The notes: a model not told the origin generated them from the sequence alone. 41,895 bases of DNA from Deltaproteobacteria bacterium (GCA_046583355.1 JAYGCM010000038.1:1-41895); one strand, 5' to 3'. Positions 27,157 through 36,712 are shown, counted from the stretch's first letter. Numbers and translations: made by a program.

Positions 27157-29088
27157 TCATTCGACGTAGCCGAGCACCCGCAACCGTTCCATCAGCGCCT
27201 CGGCTACCGAAAGTGCTTGTGGCGCGGCGTCGAGTCCGGTGGGCACGAACTCGAAGGACCTGAGCGTGCTCGGACCGGCACCGCCCCTGATTCGGGCCTG
27301 GAAGGATCTGCCACGGACTTCAATCACCCCCAGCGCCAGGACCTCACCGACAAGCTCCTGCATCGAGTTGATCTTGGTATCCATCTCCAGTGCCCGGCCG
27401 GCCGTATTCAGCGTATGTCCGCCGGCCTCGATCATGAGGTCGCCGAGCACCACCGCGGAGACGTGATACCGACCATCCGGCATCGGAAAGTGAATCTCGA
27501 GCGGCTCGGCGTCAGCCCCGGCCAGGAGCTGCGTGCCGCGCCCCTTTCCGTAACGCAGCCAATCGTTGAAACCCGCCACCCCGGGCGCCGCCTGCGGCGC
27601 GACGCGCTCGATATCGCGGCTTGTCCGAAAACTGGCAGCGCCGATCGCGAAGGCTTCTTCCGGTACCTTCTGTAGGCGTGCCTGCTGATGGCGATCGAAT
27701 CCCGGTGTCATCTTTTCGCGGTACGCCGCCAGGAGACGTCGAACGACCTCCGGCTTCTCCGCGAAGAGATTCTTCGTCTCCGCGGGATCCTCCTGCAGAT
27801 CGAAAAGCATGCCCTGCAATGTCGCCACGTCCGGCGTCTTGCGACCGAGAAGCTCGCGGTCGGGTTGCTTGAAGAGAATCTTGTAGCGCGGGCCCCGCAT
27901 GCTGCCGTCGGGCCCGAAGACCGGGCGTGTCATATCCGCTCGGACCCGCGGATCGACCAGGCTGCGGCCATCCGGCATCTTGCCCGGAGGGAAGGGAACC
28001 TCGAGCAGTTCCAGAATTGTCGGAGCTATATCGATATTGCTGGTCAACGCCTGCGTCCGCCCCGGCTCGACGCGTCCTGGGTAGAAAACGAGGAGGGGAA
28101 TCCGCGCCACCTCCTCGAACCACGGACCGCGATGTTCAAGGCGTCCGGGTGTCTCCCAGAGATTTTCGCCGTGATCCGCGGTGACGACGATCAGAGTATC
28201 GTCGAGTTCATCCCTCGCCCGCAGGTACTCGATCAGGCGGCCGATCTCCCGATCGGCGTAACGCAGGCTGCCGTCGTAGAGAGCATCGAGGTAGCGATGC
28301 TCGAACGCGGTCGCTTCGCGAAAGAAGTCCGTCGGCCGACCCACGGGACCGAAAGTGTCCGGCGGCTCGGCGTCGCCGAAATATTCTCGTGCATCCGCGT
28401 CGAGGAAATGCGGGAAATGCGTATCCATGAAATGCAGGTAAAGAGCGAAATCCGGCGACGAATTCTCATCCAGCCAGGCGATCGCCTCATCGACGACCTG
28501 CGCCGCATTCGGGTAGCCGCGTTCGACCGGGAATTCGACCTCGGCGGAGAGATTGCGAAGCTCGGGGAATTCGCTCGCGAAGCGGACGCCGGCCTGCAGC
28601 CAGATCGTCGCCGAGAGCGCCGTCACGCGGAAGCCGGCATCGTCGAGTGCACGCGGGAAGCTGATCGCCGCATCATCGACGGGGGCGTGGAAAACCTCGA
28701 TGGGTAGCGAGATGGCGCGCGGGGATGAGGCGAGTTTCTCCAGCGGCTTGGTGAAGTAGCGCGAGAAGAGTAGCGACGGCAACGAGGCGCGGGTGAAGCT
28801 CGATTGGGCGTAGTGGTTCTCGAAGAGCATGCCACGCCTCGCCAATTCGTCCATGACCGGGGTGGTTTCCCGCTCATAGCCGTAGGACGAGAAACGGTCC
28901 GGTCGGGCGGCGTCGAGCATGATGAAGATGAGCCGGCGCCCGGCCGCCTCGGGTGTCGGCTCAGAATGTGTGGGCTCAGAATGCGTGCAGGAAAGCCCTC
29001 CAACGAGGAGCGCTATGACGAGCAACGCGAGAAGTGGACGCGGCAGTCGCCGCCCGCCCCTTGGGACCGGGTACAGAACTCTATTCAT
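27157..29088 (-). CDS. Sulfatase-like hydrolase/transferase (alkaline phosphatase superfamily), Thr at the nucleophile position, probable lipoprotein
   Basis: IFIMLDAARPDR, SSFTRASLPSLL, HFMDTHFP, TADHGE, FDLQEDPAETKNL, terminal ERLRVLGYVE; lipobox-like GGLSC. Confidence 0.85.
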   Translation of the reverse strand: MNRVLYPVPRGGRRLPRPLLALLVIALLVGGLSCTHSEPTHSEPTPEAAGRRLIFIMLDAARPDRFSSYGYERETTPVMDELARRGMLFENHYAQSSFTRASLPSLLFSRYFTKPLEKLASSPRAISLPIEVFHAPVDDAAISFPRALDDAGFRVTALSATIWLQAGVRFASEFPELRNLSAEVEFPVERGYPNAAQVVDEAIAWLDENSSPDFALYLHFMDTHFPHFLDADAREYFGDAEPPDTFGPVGRPTDFFREATAFEHRYLDALYDGSLRYADREIGRLIEYLRARDELDDTLIVVTADHGENLWETPGRLEHRGPWFEEVARIPLLVFYPGRVEPGRTQALTSNIDIAPTILELLEVPFPPGKMPDGRSLVDPRVRADMTRPVFGPDGSMRGPRYKILFKQPDRELLGRKTPDVATLQGMLFDLQEDPAETKNLFAEKPEVVRRLLAAYREKMTPGFDRHQQARLQKVPEEAFAIGAASFRTSRDIERVAPQAAPGVAGFNDWLRYGKGRGTQLLAGADAEPLEIHFPMPDGRYHVSAVVLGDLMIEAGGHTLNTAGRALEMDTKINSMQELVGEVLALGVIEVRGRSFQARIRGGAGPSTLRSFEFVPTGLDAAPQALSVAEALMERLRVLGYVE

Positions 29089-30961
29089 TCAGCCGTGTCT
29101 CCAGCAGCTCGGCGAGGTTCGCCCGGCGTGCCTCGTGTGCCGGGTCGAAGGCGAGGTTGTGCAATTCGAAGGGGTCGGTGTCCAGAGCGTAGAGTTCCTC
29201 GAACATGCCGGAGCCCATCGGCGTTGCGATATACTTCCAATCCTTCGTGCGGATCGCATTGCTCGGCCGCACGATGAAATCGGTCGTATTCTCGATGATG
29301 ACATCCGCCCTCTCTGCGCTCTGGCCTGTATGCGTGGCGAAGATACTCACACCTCGTCCGGAGGGGAAATCCACCCCCGCCGCATCCGCGAAGGTCGCCG
29401 ACAGGTCCAGCGTCGAGACCAGGGCATCGTCCACGTGGCCCAGCGGGTAGCGGCGCGGGTAGCGCAGCACGAGAGGGATGCGGATGCTCTCCTCGTAGCT
29501 CGTCATCTTGCTGTTCCACCAATGCTCGCCCCAATGCTGGCCATGGTCGGATGCGAAGACCACGATGGTGTCGTTGGTCAAGCCCAGGGCATCGAGGGTG
29601 TCCAGAATCTCTCCGACGATTTCGTCCACACCGAGCAGCGATTCCAATTGCCGGATACGCAGCCGGTCGGTCGGCTCGGCAGCCGAATCCATCGTCTTCA
29701 TGAATCGAATCCAATGCGGCTTGAGCGACACATCCTGATAGCGGAAGCTCGGCGGCCGATGTGGCTCGAGTCCGGCGAATGCCCCGCTATGCCTTTGCAT
29801 CGGGATGGCCGGGGCATGCGGCGCGAAGGGGGAAAGTTGCAGGAAAAAGGGTCGGTCGGCGTTGCGTCGCAGAAACCGCACGGCGGCGTCGCCGAGACGG
29901 TCGGTGATCGTATCGTAGGGGGCACTCGGGAAATCGACGAATTGGCCGTTGTGGTTGAAGCGCATCGCCGGCACCGCGTCGCCGGAACTCCGATCGGCGG
30001 AATGAAATGCCAGCCACTCGGACCACCCGGGGGGGATGGTCGTGCCCAGCGCCTGATTGCCACTCAGATAGACGCCGAAGAGACCGGTCTGATAGCCCGC
30101 GGCGTGCAGCGCCGGGACGAAAGAGGATGTGGCATCGAATACCGTTGCGGCACCGCCGTTTCCGATGACGCCATGGGAATGCACCGGCAGGCCCGAGAAA
30201 AAGCTCGCGCGAGACGGACCACAGATCGCGGTCGCGGCAAAGGCATTCGTGAAGCGGATGCCCTGGCCGGCAATATCCCGCAGCACCCGCGGCATGATGT
30301 CGAGCGTATCGGCGCGTTGGTCGTCCGTCAGGATCAAGACGATATTGGGCTGCGCGACGGCCGGAACTACCGTGTCGAGCAGCACTTCCGTGCGGGCGGC
30401 CAGGCAGCGCGCGAGACGTTCGCCGGAGGGTGTCGACCCCGCGTAGAGATCCGCGCAGGCTTCGGCCACGGCGGGCAGTCGGCCGTCCGCCAGGCGCAGG
30501 ACAGCTGCATCCTGACAGCGACCGGCCACGCGGGAAATCAGCGATGATAGAGGGGCCCCGCGTCGGCCTTGCAGCCGATCCCGAATACGCTTGCGCACAT
30601 ACCGGGTGGTTTCCCTGGCAATCACCCGCTGGCAGCGGAACTCCGCCGAGCGGAAGTCGGCGATGGCCGAGGGCGCGGCGCCGTAGACCAGGTCGACCAG
30701 GCCGGCCAATGCTGCGCTGCCGCAGTCCGGGACTCGCGCATGCAACTCGCTCTCGACGGCGGCTTCGCGGAGTTGCCGGTCGTGGGCGCGAAACTCCCTG
30801 CGCAGGGCACGATCGAAACGACGCGCTTCGCGTGGCGGGCAGATGGACGATGCCGGGTTGCCTGCCTTGGCCAGAATAGGAAGGGCCAGCCCGCACAGAG
30901 TAAGGACGCAGACGAAGAGGCGAAGCGGTTTGTGCAAAACACGAAGCATGGAAGAGCGCAT
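29081..30961 (-). CDS. Secreted Cys-type (formylglycine) sulfatase with N-terminal Cys-rich helical module
   Basis: PNIVLILTDDQR, CGPSRASFFSG (CxPSR), FAPHAP, ASDHG, YEESIRIPL, ELYALDTDPFELHNL; 8-nt overlap with the next gene. Confidence 0.92.
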   Translation of the reverse strand: MRSSMLRVLHKPLRLFVCVLTLCGLALPILAKAGNPASSICPPREARRFDRALRREFRAHDRQLREAAVESELHARVPDCGSAALAGLVDLVYGAAPSAIADFRSAEFRCQRVIARETTRYVRKRIRDRLQGRRGAPLSSLISRVAGRCQDAAVLRLADGRLPAVAEACADLYAGSTPSGERLARCLAARTEVLLDTVVPAVAQPNIVLILTDDQRADTLDIMPRVLRDIAGQGIRFTNAFAATAICGPSRASFFSGLPVHSHGVIGNGGAATVFDATSSFVPALHAAGYQTGLFGVYLSGNQALGTTIPPGWSEWLAFHSADRSSGDAVPAMRFNHNGQFVDFPSAPYDTITDRLGDAAVRFLRRNADRPFFLQLSPFAPHAPAIPMQRHSGAFAGLEPHRPPSFRYQDVSLKPHWIRFMKTMDSAAEPTDRLRIRQLESLLGVDEIVGEILDTLDALGLTNDTIVVFASDHGQHWGEHWWNSKMTSYEESIRIPLVLRYPRRYPLGHVDDALVSTLDLSATFADAAGVDFPSGRGVSIFATHTGQSAERADVIIENTTDFIVRPSNAIRTKDWKYIATPMGSGMFEELYALDTDPFELHNLAFDPAHEARRANLAELLETRLNE

Positions 30962-31045
30962 CCGAGCGAGAGCCTACGGCGACAATAGACCGCTCGGCAC
31001 ATGGGAGGCAAGAGAGTTAGAGGTGCGGCCCTGGAGCCGGTAGCT

Positions 31046-33175
31046 TCAGCTTCCTGGCGTCGTGACGACAAGCGCAGGGATATGATCGAATCCGCTTGCA
31101 CCGAGTTGGCGCAGGCGCCATTCGATCGTGCCCTCGCGGCTCACCCAATGGGCCGGCAGCTTGAGCCACACTTCCGTCGCCTCGCCGGGGCGCAGGTCTC
31201 GCGGCAGACGGAAACGCTGTGGCTCGCCGACCAGGCGGCCGGCGGCGTCGCGCCGCGACGCTTCGAGGACGACGAGCCCGGGCCGCTCCTGGTCGGCCCG
31301 CACCAGCGCCGGCCAGGTGACCGAGCCTTGGTTGGCGATGCCGAGCATCAGCTTGCCGCCGCCGAGGAAGGTCGCCTTCCGGGGCGCGGCAAGGAGCTGC
31401 AGCGAAGCGGCGACGTTTTCCCTTCTCAGCGGGCGGAGCGGCGTGCCGAGTCGTGTCGCTTCCGGACCGGGCGGGTCGGCGCGCAAGTGCTCAAGCCAAT
31501 CCGTCTCCCGGTCGCGTTCGACGGCAAAGAGGATCTCCGAATCGTCCGTGTAGAGCGTCCGCAGCCAGGGGATGCTCTCTCCTGCCGCGAGCCAGTCGAG
31601 CCATCGTCGCCCACCGATTTCGTGGCGATGCACCAGTATATGACGCGCCCCGGTCAATTCAATGGCCGCAGCGAGGGCCTGCGGGTCCGGGGTGCGCCGG
31701 ATCTCGTGCGAAAGCGCGCTCCACCACCAGGGAATATAGCCCGTATGGCCGCCCGCGATCGGACGCCAATGCGTGGTGCTCGCGACCATATGCGTCCCCT
31801 GCGACCAGCGCCGCGCCATGTGGATATGCGCCGGCAGCGGCCCGGGAATCTCCAGCAGAACCCCCAGGGGTTCCTCTTCGAGACGATCGTAGGCCGCAGC
31901 ACGATGCTCGCGCTGCGGCTGGGCGAGAAATTCCTCGCGATCAAAAGCCCGCACGGGGGCGAAGATCGCGAAGAACGCGAGCAGCGCGGTAACGACACCG
32001 ACGAGAGCCCGTGGCAGGCCGCGTCCGGCGAGCCTGTGCCCGATGAGATCCAGACCGATTGCCGCGAGGCCAGCAACGCCGAGCTGCGTCACGATCAGAA
32101 ATCGGGGTGTCGCTCGCAGCACGCGCAGGAAATCGAATTCGTTCGCCCAGCCAAGCGGCATTGGTAGAGTCACGCCGAAGAGCACGATCCCTTGTCCGGT
32201 AGCAAGGAGCGTTCCCGCCAAGGCGAGAAGAAGAAAACGAAGCCACGTGGAATCCGCCGTGCCGCGGCGCAGCAATGGCGCCGCGGCACCGAGCAGGGCG
32301 AGGGCGAGCATTCCGAGAGTGGCACCGAATTCCGGATCGGTCGGATCGATATAGCGAAGGAGAAGCCCGGTCGAGACGATCGCTGGAAGTACGCCATTCT
32401 CGCCGGGCGGCAGCACCCGTTCGACATGCGCGAAGTAGGGCAAGGAAAAGGCGACAAAGAGAAGACCTGCGGGTATCGTCGCGCCGACCAGGACCAAGCC
32501 TCGTCCGACTGCATGCTCGCGGCAAGCAAGGAGAAACTCGACCGCGAGGACGAGCAGCGCCATGGCGGCAATATAATACGAGCCGAAGAGGGCGAGCAGC
32601 GTCACCAGGGAAATCCACCACGCGGATCGACCGCGCGCATGCGAGCGTATGGCGAGGATCAGCGCCGGCAGGAGCCAGTGCGGCAACTGCAGAATACGTA
32701 GATCCTCGGGAACCAGAAAGGGAGCGAAGGTGAAGGTGGCCGCTCCCAATGAAGCCGCGACCACCGATCGCCCGCAATCGCGCAGCAGCACCCAGGTCAG
32801 AACCAGAGCGAACCAATAGCTGCACCAGGCGACGAAATTCGCCGCCAACACGGCGTTGCCCGTGAGCAGGTTGAGCGGTGCGGCCAGCAGGGCGGAGGTC
32901 AACAAGGCCTCGGATCCCGTGAGCATGGCGCCGGCCGGGTAGAAGATGTTGGCATCGAAGAACGAAAGTGGCTGCGTCACCAGGGCGTGGGCATCCCAGG
33001 CGAGAATCCACACCAGTAGCTGCGAGTCGGCTGCCGCGATATGGGTGCCGATATGCCCGAAAAGCGGTGATTTCACGGGGATCCCGTCGGCACCAGCGAG
33101 CAGCCAGTGCGGCGTCATAACCGCCAGCAGGATTCCCGCCAGGACGGCCGCGACGATGATTTCGCGCCGGGTCAT
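31046..33175 (-). CDS. Multi-TM GT-C-like (YfhO-like) putative glycosyltransferase with extracytoplasmic C-terminal domain
   Basis: DSQLLVWILAWDAHAL...FFDANIFYP...LTGSE, LRATPRF, STTHWRPIAGGHTGY; ~12 hydrophobic segments. Confidence 0.75.
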   Translation of the reverse strand: MTRREIIVAAVLAGILLAVMTPHWLLAGADGIPVKSPLFGHIGTHIAAADSQLLVWILAWDAHALVTQPLSFFDANIFYPAGAMLTGSEALLTSALLAAPLNLLTGNAVLAANFVAWCSYWFALVLTWVLLRDCGRSVVAASLGAATFTFAPFLVPEDLRILQLPHWLLPALILAIRSHARGRSAWWISLVTLLALFGSYYIAAMALLVLAVEFLLACREHAVGRGLVLVGATIPAGLLFVAFSLPYFAHVERVLPPGENGVLPAIVSTGLLLRYIDPTDPEFGATLGMLALALLGAAAPLLRRGTADSTWLRFLLLALAGTLLATGQGIVLFGVTLPMPLGWANEFDFLRVLRATPRFLIVTQLGVAGLAAIGLDLIGHRLAGRGLPRALVGVVTALLAFFAIFAPVRAFDREEFLAQPQREHRAAAYDRLEEEPLGVLLEIPGPLPAHIHMARRWSQGTHMVASTTHWRPIAGGHTGYIPWWWSALSHEIRRTPDPQALAAAIELTGARHILVHRHEIGGRRWLDWLAAGESIPWLRTLYTDDSEILFAVERDRETDWLEHLRADPPGPEATRLGTPLRPLRRENVAASLQLLAAPRKATFLGGGKLMLGIANQGSVTWPALVRADQERPGLVVLEASRRDAAGRLVGEPQRFRLPRDLRPGEATEVWLKLPAHWVSREGTIEWRLRQLGASGFDHIPALVVTTPGS

Positions 33176-33263
33176 GCGGTGGAGGCCTACCAGACAAGCA
33201 CGATGCGGAGAAGTTGTGGGCGCGCCGCCCGAATGGGATTCGCTTGAAAGATCGTGCCGCGAC

Positions 33264-33360
33264 GTCCGGCTGCTTCTCGATACGCAGGTGTTCCTCTGGT
33301 GGCGGGCGTACGCTGCTGCTCACGGCGGCGCAGACGATCGCCAGAGACTCTCCGCTACTG
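33264..33360 (+). pseudogene. Internally deleted PIN-domain (VapC-type) toxin remnant
   Basis: VRLLLDTQVFLWWRA (cf. MRLLLDTHxxLWW N-terminus), followed in another frame by TLLLTAAQTIAR (cf. LTLLTAD..IA C-terminus). Confidence 0.5.
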
Positions 33361-33369
33361 GCGATCAGC

Positions 33370-34680
33370 TCAGTTGGCGTAGCGACGAGCAACATGGGCT
33401 TGGCGTCTGGCAATGATCTGCTGGCGTTGGCTGGCATCGACCAGTGTCGTCGAGGCCGGGAGATGCTGCTTGAGCTCATTCAAGGGTACGCGCTTTGTTT
33501 CGGGTCGCTCCGGAATATTGTCGGTGGTGACGCGCCAATTCAGGTAGCCCGTCGGGTGGCCGCTGATATCGAGCCAGTTGGCGACGCCGGGATCGGTGTG
33601 GGCGAGCACGATTCGCAGCATGCCGTCATCGTCCGCTTTGGCCTGCGTGTGGTTGAGGCTGGTCTGGCGGTTGGCGTAATCCAGGGTTTCCGACCAGGGG
33701 TTGTAGAGCGTCCAGCCCCAGTAGCGGGTGGCATCGGGGATGGGCATCTCGATGACCAGCGCTTCATCTTCCTTGATCTCGTAGCCGCCAAACACAAAAT
33801 ATGAGCCGTAGGAGGCGATTTGAATGATGCGTGGCTTCGCGAGCGTGTTGGCGGAGATCCAGCTCAGGCTGTCGCTGATACTCAGCCAGTAGTCGAGGAT
33901 ATGATTGATATCATCGCCTGCCCGGATATAGCGGGCGGCCATCTCGGCGGGGCCCCTGATCTCCGGGCTTTCACCGGCGCTGCCGATGCGCTCAATCTGG
34001 TATGTACCTTTCTCTTCGCGGTCCCAGTCGGCAAAGATCTGGTAGATGGTGATGCTGGTTGCGCCTTCTACCAGGGGCAGCCAATTGCCTGGCTGGGGTT
34101 GTTTGCTGAAGATCAGCTCGAAGTTTCCCTCGGCATCGGTGATCAGGTCTTCGCCGTAAAAGCGCTTGCCCGCTTTTCCCTCTTTGGTGTCGCCCGCATA
34201 GCTGCCGAAGGTGGTTTGGTTGGCAGTGCCCAGCCTGCCGCGGATTCGATAACTGTAGCGGTCGTCAATCAACGATGCGAGATAGACATTATCGGGGTTG
34301 GAGAAGCCCCATTTGTTGCTGAGGCCGACTACGCGCAAAAGGTGAGGAAAGGCGGGGTCGCCAAAGGCAATATGCTTGCGCTGCGTCAAGCCAATCAACC
34401 CAGCCAGATGCCCGTAAGCATCGGCCTGGGCCGCGGGGTTGGTGAAATACTTGCTGCTGCGGATCGTCTGCTCGGCTCGGTCCAGGCTGGCCGTATAATG
34501 CGCCCAGGCACCAGTCAGATCCGCCGCGGGGGGTTCCGGGCTGCTGCAGGCACCGAGCGCGGCGAGACTGAATACCAGGATCCCGGCTGACAATCCCGTC
34601 CGTGTCCCGGGGATTGCTCGGCGTAGGGTAGATGAGATGGTGGATATCAAGGATCCATAGCCGTGCTTGATGTTGCCCAT
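33370..34680 (-). CDS. DUF1214-domain protein, probable lipoprotein
   Basis: AGGAG RBS before MGNIKHG; lipobox ALGAC; KWGFSNPDNVY, YRIRG, WSETLDYANRQTSLNHTQA, DPGVANWLD. Confidence 0.85.
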   Translation of the reverse strand: MGNIKHGYGSLISTISSTLRRAIPGTRTGLSAGILVFSLAALGACSSPEPPAADLTGAWAHYTASLDRAEQTIRSSKYFTNPAAQADAYGHLAGLIGLTQRKHIAFGDPAFPHLLRVVGLSNKWGFSNPDNVYLASLIDDRYSYRIRGRLGTANQTTFGSYAGDTKEGKAGKRFYGEDLITDAEGNFELIFSKQPQPGNWLPLVEGATSITIYQIFADWDREEKGTYQIERIGSAGESPEIRGPAEMAARYIRAGDDINHILDYWLSISDSLSWISANTLAKPRIIQIASYGSYFVFGGYEIKEDEALVIEMPIPDATRYWGWTLYNPWSETLDYANRQTSLNHTQAKADDDGMLRIVLAHTDPGVANWLDISGHPTGYLNWRVTTDNIPERPETKRVPLNELKQHLPASTTLVDASQRQQIIARRQAHVARRYAN

Positions 34681-34736
34681 AAACGACTCCTGTTTGTTCC
34701 GCTTCTTCGTGAGGACCGCCAATATTCGTGCGGCAT

Positions 34737-34773
34737 TTGCTTTGCCTAACATGTTAGTTTAGCGTTAGGCAAA
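34737..34773 (+). promoter_or_regulatory. TetR operator and probable leaderless promoter
   Basis: Inverted repeat TTTGCCTAAC-N13-GTTAGGCAAA (34741-34773) with perfect inner palindrome CTAACATGTTAG (34746-34757); TTGCTT-17-TAGCGT ends 7 nt before ATG 34773. Confidence 0.65.
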
Positions 34774-35471
34774 TGATGAGCACGAGTACGCATCGGGGGC
34801 GCAAGGGGGGCAAGGGGCTCTCGCGCGACCGGATCATCGCCGCAGCGACCAGGATTGCGCGGCGACGCGGTGCCTCGGGACTGTCGATGCGCGCGCTTGC
34901 AAATGATCTCGGAGTCGCGGCGCCCTCCCTCTATTGGCACTTCCGGACGCGTGAGGATCTGCTGGCGGCAATCGTGCGTGGCCTCCTGGAGGGCGTCGAG
35001 GTCACCGACCCGGGCGGGCAGTGGACCGAACGTGTTCGTGCTCAGGCCCATGCAATCCGCAACGGCGTCTTTGCGCGTCCCGAGTTGCTGGATCTGCTGC
35101 GCGACTCCCGTCTGGCGACGGCGACGCTGGCTCCTCTCGGCATTCGCTTGCTGCTCCTGCTGGAGGGGGCGGGGTTCGAGGGCGCGAGCTGCGTTCGCGG
35201 TGCCCGGCTGCTCAATTGGCAGATCTGGAGCTTCATCATGCACGAGATCCGCCTCGGCTGGCCGGTCTCCGACGCGGGAGAGTCGGCGCACGTCTACGAG
35301 TTTCCCCTCACATCCATCTCTGCCGGGGACCTCGCTCAGGCTCCCGTCCATCTTATGCCGCATCTGGCGCGCCTCGACGCGAACGAGCTCTTCGATGGCG
35401 CTCTGGATGCAGTCATAACCCAGCTTGCGAGCGAATTGAGGTCGGCGCGGGCAACGGAGGATCCATCATGA
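34773..35471 (+). CDS. TetR/AcrR family transcriptional regulator (TetR_C-type C-terminus)
   Basis: LSRDRIIAAA...GLSMRALANDLGVAAPSLYWHFRTREDLL. Confidence 0.95.
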   Translation: MMSTSTHRGRKGGKGLSRDRIIAAATRIARRRGASGLSMRALANDLGVAAPSLYWHFRTREDLLAAIVRGLLEGVEVTDPGGQWTERVRAQAHAIRNGVFARPELLDLLRDSRLATATLAPLGIRLLLLLEGAGFEGASCVRGARLLNWQIWSFIMHEIRLGWPVSDAGESAHVYEFPLTSISAGDLAQAPVHLMPHLARLDANELFDGALDAVITQLASELRSARATEDPS

Positions 35472-36712
35472 AGTTCGCGCTCTTTCTGGCGATTGTATTG
35501 ACGCTGCTTGCGATGGGAGGCCCCGCTCGGGCCGAGAGTGAACCGGCGGTATCTTCCGCCTCGCCGGCAAGTCGGGTCCTGTCGGGCGAGGCATGGGAGC
35601 AATTCTGCGACCGGCTGAAGGCGGCCGGGAAGATGATCACCAGCGACGGGGTTCCCGACACCGAGCTCGACCGAGCCGAAGGCTATCGGTATCTTCTCGC
35701 GTCGCTCGCCGCCTCGATCGACGCCTCGCTTTATCGTTCGGATCTCGACGACGCCCATCTCTACTACAACGTGACGAAGTTCCGTTCGCCGGCGATGCCG
35801 AGCGCCGACGCGCGATACCTTGGCGCTGAGATCACGGGCAAGGGCTTGTATCGGCTCTCCGGGACGCTCGGCAATTCTCCGCATATCACCATCCAGGAAT
35901 ACTCCGGGGTAGAATCGCAGGGGAGTTTCGACCTGCGCAAGGCGGCTGATGCGCAGGGGCGCTTTTCCATCACGATCGGTGGTCCGAGCCAGGATGCCGA
36001 CTGGATGGAGCTCTCGCCACAAGCCAGCCTGTTGTACTTTCGCGAATATTTTTCCGATTGGGACGCGGCGCGCTCGTCCGAGCTGCTCTTGGAACGTCTT
36101 GACCGCCAGGAGCGGGGAACACCGCTTGCGCCGGCCATTCTGGCACGTGTGTTGGAGGAGACGGCTACGAAGCTCGAGCAAGAGCTCCCCTATTGGAAGG
36201 GACGTCTCGACCAGATCCGGGCAAGACAGAAGAATCTACTCGGACCGCCGGGCACCTTGGGCGGCGTGGGGCTGGGAGACATCATCTACGGCACCGGTTG
36301 GTTCGACCTTGAGCCGGAGCAGGCACTTCTCATCGAACTTTCCCCGCCCGAAGCAGCCCATTGGAGCTTTCAGCTCGGAAACTACTGGGGCGAGTTTCTC
36401 GATTTTGCGAGCTACACCTCAAGCCTCAATGGCAAACAGGCGAAGCCGAGTAGCGACGGCGGCTACCGCATCGTGATCGCCCGCGAGGATCCAGGTGTGC
36501 CCAATTGGCTCGACACGGCCGGGCATCGCGAGGGAATGATCTTCTACCGCTATCACCTCGCGAAGACGACGCCCACGCCGAGCATGAAGTTGGTAAGCAT
36601 TTCGGATCTTGTCGATTTACTGCCGGCGGATACGCCGCGCATCACTCCGGAGGAGCGGCGTTCCGACATTGCCCGTCGTCGCGCGCACGTGGCGCGCAGG
36701 TGGGCACCGTGA
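35468..36712 (+). CDS. Secreted DUF1214-domain protein
   Basis: ATGA overlap with the tetR stop; signal MKFALFLAIVLTLLAMGGPARA; DRAEGYRYL, REYFSDW, WSFQLGNYWGEFLDF, DPGVPNWLDTAGHREG. Confidence 0.88.
   Translation: MKFALFLAIVLTLLAMGGPARAESEPAVSSASPASRVLSGEAWEQFCDRLKAAGKMITSDGVPDTELDRAEGYRYLLASLAASIDASLYRSDLDDAHLYYNVTKFRSPAMPSADARYLGAEITGKGLYRLSGTLGNSPHITIQEYSGVESQGSFDLRKAADAQGRFSITIGGPSQDADWMELSPQASLLYFREYFSDWDAARSSELLLERLDRQERGTPLAPAILARVLEETATKLEQELPYWKGRLDQIRARQKNLLGPPGTLGGVGLGDIIYGTGWFDLEPEQALLIELSPPEAAHWSFQLGNYWGEFLDFASYTSSLNGKQAKPSSDGGYRIVIAREDPGVPNWLDTAGHREGMIFYRYHLAKTTPTPSMKLVSISDLVDLLPADTPRITPEERRSDIARRRAHVARRWAP

Noticed and set aside
35021..35467. N-terminal extension of the DUF1214 ORF to 563 aa
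   Set aside because: Overlaps tetR; the ATGA-coupled start at 35468 gives a clean signal peptide
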